From Candidatus Cryptobacteroides sp. (GTDB taxonomy: Bacteria; Bacteroidota; Bacteroidia; Bacteroidales; UBA932), in contig JAZLLN010000088.1 of assembly GCA_045598165.1 (NCBI GenBank), positions 56,588 through 120,587 of the forward strand: 64,000 nucleotides of DNA, written 5' to 3'. Made by a program: the position numbers and the translations under genes. The notes below the pieces were generated by a model. That model saw nothing but the letters and a program-made list of their open reading frames with translations. It ran no database searches and was not told where the DNA came from. Numbering within the stretch: position 1 is the first letter of the stretch; the number at the start of each line of letters is the position of its first letter. Shown here piece after piece: positions 50,443 through 58,309 of this stretch.

Positions 50443-51024
50443 ATGGCAAACAGATATTTGGATACGACATTTGTAGACAAGGCGATAAAGTTCGCAGTGG
50501 ACGCCCATGCCAATACGGAACGCAGGGGAAAAGGTTTCCCTTATGTCATTCACGTTCTGGAGGCAATGGAAATCGTGGCATCAATGAGCAATGACCCCGA
50601 ACTGCTGGCTGCGGCCGCATTGCATGATACTGTGGAGGACACAGGAGTAACGGTGGAAGAAATCAAGTCCGGGTTCGGTGAAAAGGTTGCGAATCTTGTG
50701 AAAGCCGAGTCCGATGTGATTGACAGCAGTGTCAGTGAAACGGAAAGTTGGAGGTCACGCAAGCAGGCTGCAATTGACAGGCTCTCTTCGGCAAGTCTGG
50801 AAGCGAAGATGGTTGCCTTGGGTGACAAACTGTCCAATATGAGGGCTATTGCCAGGGATTATAAGAAATCAGGGGACAAACTGTGGGAGATTTTTCACGC
50901 TCCGGGTGGAAAGTCCGATCATGAATGGCACTACCGCGGACTTACCGAAGCTCTTTCGGACCTTGAGGGAACGGACGCTTATGCGGAGTTTATATCATTG
51001 ATAGATGGAGTTTTCAAAAGATAA
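50443..51024 (+). CDS. Small alarmone hydrolase (stand-alone HD domain, Mesh1/SpoT-HD-like)
   Basis: AH...RRGKGFPYVIHVLE, AAALHDTVEDT, FGEKVANLV, GDKLSNMR. Confidence 0.88.
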   Translation: MANRYLDTTFVDKAIKFAVDAHANTERRGKGFPYVIHVLEAMEIVASMSNDPELLAAAALHDTVEDTGVTVEEIKSGFGEKVANLVKAESDVIDSSVSETESWRSRKQAAIDRLSSASLEAKMVALGDKLSNMRAIARDYKKSGDKLWEIFHAPGGKSDHEWHYRGLTEALSDLEGTDAYAEFISLIDGVFKR

Positions 51025-51033
51025 TTTAACGGT

Positions 51034-51426
51034 ATGATTCGAAAATTCAGTCCGGTAGAAGGAAGAAATGCGGAAATCATCGAAGCGGTGATGAGCTGTC
51101 CGGAAGTTGTGGATCTTCCCGACGAAATGAAATTCAAAATCCGCCTTTGTGTGGAGGAGGTCGAGGAAAACATTCTCGATTATTCGGGTACAACCTGGGT
51201 GGAGGTCAGCGTGGATGCCGCCACGGACCAGTTGAAGGTGATGTTCAAGGATGGGGGCATAGAATTTGACCCTCTTGATTCTCCCGAGCCGGATATCACC
51301 TCTCCCGTTGAAGAAAGAAAGATAGGTGGGCTTGGAATCTTTCTGTGCAAGCAGATGATGGATTCCCTGGACTATCACTACGAAAACGGCAGCAATATTT
51401 TCACGATGGTAAAAAAAATCAAATAA
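51034..51426 (+). CDS. RsbW/SpoIIAB-like anti-sigma-factor Ser/Thr kinase (HATPase_c)
   Basis: N-box EEVEENILDY, D-box DGGIEFDP, G-box ERKIGGLGIFL, then DSLDY...N. Confidence 0.88.
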   Translation: MIRKFSPVEGRNAEIIEAVMSCPEVVDLPDEMKFKIRLCVEEVEENILDYSGTTWVEVSVDAATDQLKVMFKDGGIEFDPLDSPEPDITSPVEERKIGGLGIFLCKQMMDSLDYHYENGSNIFTMVKKIK

Positions 51427-51429
51427 ATT

Positions 51430-51732
51430 ATGAACGTAGAAATTACAAGGGAAAGCGCAAAAACTTTCGTCAAACTTTCAGGCAGGCTTGATACCACGAA
51501 CGCTGATCAGTTCCAGAAAGACATTACCCCTTTGATGGAGGATCCGAAGCCTGATTTTGAAATAGACTGTACGGATATGGAGTACACTTCAAGTCAGGGA
51601 TTGAGACTTTTCCTGATGCTTCAGAAAGCTGTATCTTCCAAAGGAGGCGCAATGGTCATGACAAATATGAAGCCTCAGGTCAAGGAAGTCTTCGATATCA
51701 CGGGATTCTCAAATATCATCAGAATCATATAG
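51430..51732 (+). CDS. STAS-domain anti-anti-sigma factor (RsbV/SpoIIAA-like)
   Basis: LSGRLDT, IDCTDMEYTSSQGLR (phospho-acceptor Ser context), EVFDITGF. Confidence 0.9.
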   Translation: MNVEITRESAKTFVKLSGRLDTTNADQFQKDITPLMEDPKPDFEIDCTDMEYTSSQGLRLFLMLQKAVSSKGGAMVMTNMKPQVKEVFDITGFSNIIRII

Positions 51733-52536
51733 ATGGATTTTGCTTCCCAAAGCATAGGACTGAGCACTGTCTTCAATGCCCGGGATTTGGGTGGTTATGT
51801 CCTTCCGGGAGGCCGTTCTGTAAAGAAAGGCCTGCTGTTGAGGGGCGGTGATCTTGCAAGGATTTCGGATGAAGAGGTCGCTGTACTGAAGGAAAGGTAC
51901 AATCTTTCGAAGGTGTTTGATTTCCGTACAAGTATGGAAGTCAAGAATCTGCCGGACAGGGAGATTCCCGGCGCAAGCAATATCTGGATGCCGGCATTCA
52001 ATGAAGGAAGCCAGAAAATGGAGGAGATGGTTCTTCCCAGGGAGGCGTACGTGGATCTTGGCGGGTGGCTGGTGAAACATGCAGGGAATGTCAAGGTGCA
52101 GTCGGTAGCCAGGGAAATGTACGCCGGGCTCGTCACGGACGATTTTACTCAGATGCAGTATGCGGGTTTCCTGCAGAACATAGTCAACACGCCCTCGGGG
52201 GCTGTGTATTGGCACTGTTCACAGGGAAAGGACAGAACCGGTATCGCCGCAGCCCTGGTCCTTACGGCGCTCGGAGCCGACAGGGACCTTGTAATGGCAG
52301 ATTACGGGATTTCCAATGAATTCTATAAGGAAGACGTTGACCGTTATTGCTCGCTTCTGGGTACCGCGGAGGAACGGGAGGTTATCCGGACTTTCATCGG
52401 TGTGAATCCTCGTTATTTCGGCCAGGCTCTTGACTTGCTCGAAGCGCAGTATGGTTCACTTATGGAATTTCTCACCGGCCCGTTGTGCCTGTCACGGGAA
52501 GACATTTTGATTTTACGCGAAAGATATACCGAATGA
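51733..52536 (+). CDS. Cys-based tyrosine/dual-specificity phosphatase (PtpB/IphP-like)
   Basis: FNARDLGG, LLRGG, FDFRT, HCSQGKDRTG (CX5R P-loop), DY.ISN. Confidence 0.88.
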   Translation: MDFASQSIGLSTVFNARDLGGYVLPGGRSVKKGLLLRGGDLARISDEEVAVLKERYNLSKVFDFRTSMEVKNLPDREIPGASNIWMPAFNEGSQKMEEMVLPREAYVDLGGWLVKHAGNVKVQSVAREMYAGLVTDDFTQMQYAGFLQNIVNTPSGAVYWHCSQGKDRTGIAAALVLTALGADRDLVMADYGISNEFYKEDVDRYCSLLGTAEEREVIRTFIGVNPRYFGQALDLLEAQYGSLMEFLTGPLCLSREDILILRERYTE

Positions 52537-53477
52537 AACGGACACTGACTTCAATATTGTTGTTTCTGTGCGCATTAAGCCTGAATGCACAGAAACTTAC
52601 GTTCGTTCCGCAATGGACGGCACAGACTCAGTTCGCGGGCTATTACATGGCACTGGAAAAGGGATATTACGCAGAGGAGGGACTGGATGTGTTCATCAAT
52701 CATCTCAAGGCCAATTCTTCCGAGACTTCCATGGATATGCTGCTGAACGGTAAGGCCGAGATTGTAGGCCAGCAGCTGATTCAGTCTGTCATTGCCCGTG
52801 CTGACGGAGTGAAACTGGTCAATGTTTTCCAACTGACTCAGGAAAGCGGGCTCTGTTGTGTATCCAGGACACCTATCAGTGAACCCAAGGATATGGATTC
52901 ACTGCGTGTAGGGCGGTGGAAGGTGGGATATGCGGATTTTTGCGACATGCTTGAAGCGTATACGGGCATCAGGGTCAACTGGGTTCCTTTTCTGAACGGA
53001 ATCAATCTTTTCATTTACGGTGCCGTGGACGCTACGCTGTGCTATTCTTACAGTGAACTTATCTCTCTCGATCTTGCAATCGGCAATATTCCGGAAGATC
53101 ACGTCATCCGATTCTCGAATTTCGGATATGAGTGTCCCGAAGACGGACTCTATGTCACGGAGGAATATTACAGGAAGAACAAAGAAACCGTCGACAAATT
53201 CGTAAAAGCTTCAAAACGCGGATGGGATTATGTCAGAGGACATAGGGAAGAGGCGTTGGAGGTCACATACAAATTCATTGAGGCGAACAGAATAAGCACT
53301 AACAGGGAACATCAGAAGAGGATGCTTGACGAGTATCTGAGTCTTCAGATCAACGGGCATACGGGATGCACGGACTATGCACCTGTGAGGGAACCGGTGT
53401 TCCGTGATATTGTCGGGGCACTGTTGAATACCGGTTATATTACAAGCAATGTTGAATACAGCGATCTGATCAAATGA
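52533..53477 (+). CDS. NMT1/THI5-like periplasmic substrate-binding protein (orphan)
   Basis: Signal peptide MKRTLTSILLFLCALSLNA; PQWTAQTQFAGYYMALEKGYYAEEGLDV; FVKASKRGWDY. Confidence 0.82.
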   Translation: MKRTLTSILLFLCALSLNAQKLTFVPQWTAQTQFAGYYMALEKGYYAEEGLDVFINHLKANSSETSMDMLLNGKAEIVGQQLIQSVIARADGVKLVNVFQLTQESGLCCVSRTPISEPKDMDSLRVGRWKVGYADFCDMLEAYTGIRVNWVPFLNGINLFIYGAVDATLCYSYSELISLDLAIGNIPEDHVIRFSNFGYECPEDGLYVTEEYYRKNKETVDKFVKASKRGWDYVRGHREEALEVTYKFIEANRISTNREHQKRMLDEYLSLQINGHTGCTDYAPVREPVFRDIVGALLNTGYITSNVEYSDLIK

Positions 53478-55384
53478 AAATCAAGGAATCTTTTTCTGCC
53501 AAGCTCAGTCTGGGCATTCTTGCGGTCACATCCGTGATATTCATCATAACCATAGGCATCTCCGCATTTTTCTCGCAGAAGATATTGGTCGAAGAGGCTA
53601 CCAAGTCTGCCGAGAGCCTCAGGGATGCGACTGTAGCCAATATAGAGAAAATTCTCAAGGACGTTGAAATATCAGTGATTGCATCATCCTGGCTTGTCAA
53701 AGAGAATATCAGCAATGAGGAGTATCTTTATCATATCACACATAAACTTGTGGAGGAGAATCCGAACATTGTGGGAAGTGCAATCGCTTTCGAAAAAAAC
53801 TATTTCCCCGGGAAATACTATTTCAGTCCTTACTCCTATCTCGATGCCGGGACAGGTGAAGTGATATCAAAACAGTTGGGAAACCAGCAGTATGATTATT
53901 TCTATATGGACTGGTATCAGATCCCGTCCCTTCTTGAGGGCCCCTGTTGGGGCGAGCCCTATTATGATGAGGGAGGGGGAGAGTATATGATGGCTACGTA
54001 CAGCTATCCTCTCAAGGATGATGAAGGGAAAGTGTTTGCCGTTATGACGGCTGATATTTCTCTTTTCTGGATTTCCGAGATGCTTGCCGGTATAAAGCCA
54101 TATCCCAATTCAAACGTGATGCTCATCAGCCGTAACGGCTCTTATATCTCACAGGGGTCGAAAACGGATCTGACGGGAGAAACGATATTCTCCACCTTGT
54201 ATTACACTGAAGACGGCGACGGCAGACTTGAAAAGGTAGCCCAGGCATTGAGTGAGGGGAAAAAGGGATCCATGCAATACAGACAGGGTACGGAAATTTC
54301 ATTTGCGGTTTTTGCCCCTCTCGACAACGGATGGAAAGCATGTATCACCTGTGGTTATCGGGAAATCCTTTCACGATTGGATCAGATGAGGTTGATTGTG
54401 TTCATTCTCAGCATCTTCGGAATCCTGGTACTCTTCATTGTGTCGTACGTTGCAATAAGGAGGATAATACAGCCTTTGCTTGAGTTCTCCAAATCGGTGA
54501 TGAACATAGCGAAGGGAGATTTCAACACCACTCTTCCGGAAATCCAGAGTGAAGATGAAATCAAGAAGCTCAGGGATTCCTTCGAGTATATGCAGACCTC
54601 TCTCAAGGAATACATAAGCGAACTGAAGACCACCACCGCGGCAAACCAGAAATTTGAAAGCGAACTCAGCATTGCCAACGCCATTCAGATGGCTATGCTT
54701 TCAAAGAACTTCCCGCATACGGACAGGGTCGACGCCTTTGCGCTGGTACAGCCCGCCAGGGAAGTCGGAGGGGACCTGTACGATTTCTTCATAGAAAAGG
54801 ACAGGTATCTTTATTTTGCCGTCGGTGACGTGTCCGGAAAGGGTGTTCCGGCATCTCTCGTAATGGCAATCACAAGGGCGGCATTCCGTTTCATTGCCAA
54901 AATGGGATTGTCTATGGAGGAAGTCGTGGGTAAGATGAACGACACTCTTTCCGAGGGTAACGATACGGGAATGTTCGTGACATTCTTTGCCGGAAAGATA
55001 GATTTGCAGACCGGAGAATTCGAATATTGCAACGCGGGCCACAATCCCATTGTGGTCATATCTCCGGACGGCAAGGCGGAATATCTCAAGCCGAAGTCGA
55101 ATCTTGCGCTGGGCCTTTTCCCCCAGTTCCCCTATGTCCTTGAGAAGGGCCGTGTGGAGAAGGGTTCAAGCCTGGTGCTCTATACGGACGGAGTCACGGA
55201 AGCTGAGCGCGTGGACAAGGAACAGTTCGGTGAAGAACAACTTATCGGCTGGGCCGGTAAATACCGTGGCAGTTATGCAAATGCTGACGAATCCTGCCAT
55301 CAGCTTCTGAATGAGGTCAAGGCATTCACTGCCGGCAATGAGCCGAATGATGATATAACGATAATGACAATAGACCTTAAATAG
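53474..55384 (+). CDS. Membrane sensor phosphatase: TM-dCache-TM-HAMP-SpoIIE(PP2C), RsbU-like
   Basis: Two TM helices flanking a Cache-like region (DWYQ..WGEPYYD..TADI); HAMP (QPL...IAKGDF...DEIKKL); PP2C motifs EVGGDLYD, GDVSGKG, MFVT, NAGH, LYTDGVTEA, DDIT. Confidence 0.9.
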   Translation: MKIKESFSAKLSLGILAVTSVIFIITIGISAFFSQKILVEEATKSAESLRDATVANIEKILKDVEISVIASSWLVKENISNEEYLYHITHKLVEENPNIVGSAIAFEKNYFPGKYYFSPYSYLDAGTGEVISKQLGNQQYDYFYMDWYQIPSLLEGPCWGEPYYDEGGGEYMMATYSYPLKDDEGKVFAVMTADISLFWISEMLAGIKPYPNSNVMLISRNGSYISQGSKTDLTGETIFSTLYYTEDGDGRLEKVAQALSEGKKGSMQYRQGTEISFAVFAPLDNGWKACITCGYREILSRLDQMRLIVFILSIFGILVLFIVSYVAIRRIIQPLLEFSKSVMNIAKGDFNTTLPEIQSEDEIKKLRDSFEYMQTSLKEYISELKTTTAANQKFESELSIANAIQMAMLSKNFPHTDRVDAFALVQPAREVGGDLYDFFIEKDRYLYFAVGDVSGKGVPASLVMAITRAAFRFIAKMGLSMEEVVGKMNDTLSEGNDTGMFVTFFAGKIDLQTGEFEYCNAGHNPIVVISPDGKAEYLKPKSNLALGLFPQFPYVLEKGRVEKGSSLVLYTDGVTEAERVDKEQFGEEQLIGWAGKYRGSYANADESCHQLLNEVKAFTAGNEPNDDITIMTIDLK

Positions 55385-56125
55385 TTATTCTCCCGCATAA
55401 GCGAGTGTGGCGACGGAGATTCTTACTCTGCCGCCATATTTTTTGAAAATGGCGTTGCAGCAGGCCGCTGAAGTTGCTCCGGAGGTGAAAACGTCGTCAA
55501 CAATCAGGATGTGCTTCGGCTCATCCTTTCCGGAGGGTCTGTTGAAATAAAAGGAATTCCTTACGTTTTTCTCACGGGCGGATTCATCCAGAACTGTTTG
55601 CGTGCGGGTATTTCTTGTTCTCGAAAGGGAAGAGCAGTCCAGGGTCGCACCCGGGAAATTGTCGGCTATGATTCTTGCTATGATTTCTGCCTGATTGTAT
55701 CCCCTTGTCCATTTTCTCCGCCAGTGAAGGGGAACCGGGACGATGAGGTCAACGTCATTGAAATATCCGGAGCTTACAAGCCTGCGTGCCAGCATTCCGG
55801 CGAAATGTCGGCCTTCGCAGAAGTCTCTTCTGTATTTCAGCCCTTTGGGTATTTCCTTGTAGTCCGACGTATAGAATACGAGCGCCACGGCATACAGATA
55901 CATGCCGGCAGGAGCTTCCACCCGACCATTGAGTGTGTCGGCCATAGGATTATGCGCATATTCCCAGAAATGGGTGAGAGGCAGGTCAGCCAGACAGCGG
56001 AGGCATATCGTATCTTCCGCAAGAATCAGATTCCTTCCGCATACGGCGCATTTCCTCGGCAGTGCCAGATCCGCCAGACCGCGGAGCAGGAGCTCCAGCG
56101 TCAGCACGACATTGCTCCGCAGCAA
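55385..56125 (-). CDS. ComF-family phosphoribosyltransferase-like protein
   Basis: Zn finger CAVCG...CLRC, LKY, VPVPLH, RGYNQA, IVDDVFTSGAT. Start uncertain (TTG). Confidence 0.88.
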   Translation of the reverse strand: MLRSNVVLTLELLLRGLADLALPRKCAVCGRNLILAEDTICLRCLADLPLTHFWEYAHNPMADTLNGRVEAPAGMYLYAVALVFYTSDYKEIPKGLKYRRDFCEGRHFAGMLARRLVSSGYFNDVDLIVPVPLHWRRKWTRGYNQAEIIARIIADNFPGATLDCSSLSRTRNTRTQTVLDESAREKNVRNSFYFNRPSGKDEPKHILIVDDVFTSGATSAACCNAIFKKYGGRVRISVATLAYAGE

Positions 56126-56847
56126 TTGATGACCTGGCCGCTTACATATGAAGCCAGATCACTGGCGAGGAAGAGTGCGACTTTGGCTACGTCTTCGACA
56201 GTGCCGCCACGGCGGAGGGGGATGGTTTTTATCCAGGCTTCGCGGACGTCATCAGGCATTGCCGCAGTCATATCCGAAATGATGAAGCCCGGGGCGATGC
56301 AGTTGGCGCGGATTCCTCTGGGTCCCATTTCCTTGGCGATGGATTTGGTAAGGCCTATCAACCCGGCCTTGGATGCGGAGTAGTTGCATTGTCCGGCATT
56401 TCCGTGTTCGCCGACGACAGAACTCATACTGATGATGCTGCCTCTGCGTTGCCTTGCCATAACCGGAGTGACGGCGTGGATGAAATTGAATGCGGATTTG
56501 AGATTGACGTTGATGACAGCGTCCCACTGGGGTTCTTCCATCCTGAGCATCAGTCCGTCCTTGGTGATTCCGGCGTTGTTGACAAGGATGTCAATCTTTC
56601 CGAAGTCGGAGAGAATCTGTTCCACTACGGAATGGCTTTCGTCAAAGGATGCCGCATTGGAAGCATAGGCCCTGACTTTGTGACCGAATGCGTTTAGTTC
56701 TTCAACGGTCTGCTGGGCCGTTTCGTTAATAACCAGGTCTGTGAAGGCGACATCAGCGCCTTCTTCCGCGAATTTCAGGGCGATAGCCTTGCCTATTCCT
56801 CTGGCCGCTCCGGTGATGAGCGCCACTTTTCCATCCAATAATCCCAT
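56101..56847 (-). CDS. fabG: 3-oxoacyl-[ACP] reductase
   Basis: ITGAARGIG, NNAGITKDGLMLRM, SSVVG..GNAGQCNYSASKAG, NCIAPGFI. Confidence 0.92.
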   Translation of the reverse strand: MGLLDGKVALITGAARGIGKAIALKFAEEGADVAFTDLVINETAQQTVEELNAFGHKVRAYASNAASFDESHSVVEQILSDFGKIDILVNNAGITKDGLMLRMEEPQWDAVINVNLKSAFNFIHAVTPVMARQRRGSIISMSSVVGEHGNAGQCNYSASKAGLIGLTKSIAKEMGPRGIRANCIAPGFIISDMTAAMPDDVREAWIKTIPLRRGGTVEDVAKVALFLASDLASYVSGQVINCCGAMSC

Positions 56848-56851
56848 GGTG

Positions 56852-58273
56852 TCAGTCATTTGCCATAGCCTCTTCCACTTCTTCAGGACTGATGGGGAGG
56901 CGTTTCCCACCGAGTCTTCTGGCGCCGTCTTCAGTGATCAGAAGATCATCTTCAAGACGTATTCCGCCGAAATCGTAATATTGTTCGAGTTTTGAATAAT
57001 TTACAAGGTCTTTGGCCTGGCCCCCGTTCTTCCACTGTTCGATGAGGGCGGGGATGAAGTATATGCCCGGTTCGTCTGAAATGATGTTGCCGGGAACGAG
57101 CCTGCGGGCCATCCTGAGGCTGCCGAGTCCAAGTTGGGGAGAACGTTTCTGGTCGGAATCATATCCTACAAGATCTTCTCCGAGATCTTCCATATCGTGA
57201 ACGTCCAGACCGATATTATGGCCCAGACCGTGGGGCATGAAGAGTCCTGCGACACCTTCCTCCATCATCGAGTCGATGCAGCCGTTCACAAGGCCGAGGC
57301 TCGCGAGCCGCTCAAGCATAAGTATGGAAACGGCTTTGTGGACATCCAGATAAGTTGTGCCGGGTTTTGCAAGGGAGAAGGCCAGTTCGTTGCAGTCGTA
57401 CACAATCTGGTAGATGTCACGTTGTCTTGAAGAGAATTTTCCCGAAGTGGGATAGGTTCTTGTGAAATCCGAAGCGTAATGCTCGTTGCTTTCGGCTCCC
57501 GCATCTATGACAAGAAGTTTCCCGGCTTCTATGGGCTGCCGGTGCGAATGACAGTGGAATATTTCGCCGTGCTGAGTGAGGATGGTAGTGAAGCTGGTAC
57601 CCCATCCCTTTGCGAGAGTGACGGCTTCCATCTCCCCCACAATCTCCTGTTCAATCCTGCCGATGCGTATGCCCTTTCTGGCAACGGTATGCATTTCCTG
57701 CCCCAGTACGGCAGCTTCGTCCATCAGTCTTATCTCTTCAGGAGACTTGATGAGCCTCATCGAAACGACGGCCCTTACCAGAGCTTCGGATGCTGCGGGG
57801 CACCCCGCTTTCCCGTTACGGAATGTCTGCGAGGGATCGAGGCCCGCAAGTGAGCCCAAACGCATTGCGTTGTAGTACCGTGAAGCAGGAAGGAAATGAA
57901 TTCTACGCCCCTTGATGATGGCTTCCGTTACTGTCCAGGACAGTTTTGATGCAGGAAGGGTGTTCCTGATACCTGCTGCGGCGGCCTGGGAGGCGACGGA
58001 TTCCATGGGACCTGTCCATATTATATCGTCTATGCTGTAGTCGTCGGCAAATATGGTTTCCTCACCGGAATCAAGGTCCAGCACCGCGGCGAATCCGGGT
58101 TCGTCTATTCCGAAGAAATAAAGCCAGTTGCTGTCCTGCCTCCATTTGTAAGGATTTTCTTTGTACTGGGCGGGAGAGTCCACGTTGCCTATGAAGAGAA
58201 TGATGCCGTTTTCTCCTTTCATCCTGTCGAAAAGTTCACTGCGGCGCTTGATATAAATTTCCCTGGAGAACAT
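56852..58273 (-). CDS. pepP: Xaa-Pro aminopeptidase (M24B)
   Basis: RQDSNWLYFFG, DAGAE...YASDFTRT, PHGLGHNIGLDVHD, SDEPGIY, GIRLEDD. Confidence 0.9.
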   Translation of the reverse strand: MFSREIYIKRRSELFDRMKGENGIILFIGNVDSPAQYKENPYKWRQDSNWLYFFGIDEPGFAAVLDLDSGEETIFADDYSIDDIIWTGPMESVASQAAAAGIRNTLPASKLSWTVTEAIIKGRRIHFLPASRYYNAMRLGSLAGLDPSQTFRNGKAGCPAASEALVRAVVSMRLIKSPEEIRLMDEAAVLGQEMHTVARKGIRIGRIEQEIVGEMEAVTLAKGWGTSFTTILTQHGEIFHCHSHRQPIEAGKLLVIDAGAESNEHYASDFTRTYPTSGKFSSRQRDIYQIVYDCNELAFSLAKPGTTYLDVHKAVSILMLERLASLGLVNGCIDSMMEEGVAGLFMPHGLGHNIGLDVHDMEDLGEDLVGYDSDQKRSPQLGLGSLRMARRLVPGNIISDEPGIYFIPALIEQWKNGGQAKDLVNYSKLEQYYDFGGIRLEDDLLITEDGARRLGGKRLPISPEEVEEAMAND

Positions 58274-58309
58274 GATTCTATTCTTTTGTTCCGCTAAGAT
58301 AGCAAATTC

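Noticed and set aside
49328-55384. Signalling operon as a recently acquired mobile island or defence island
   Set aside because: No integrase, transposase, tRNA or flanking direct repeats seen; composition and skew resemble neighbouring genes.
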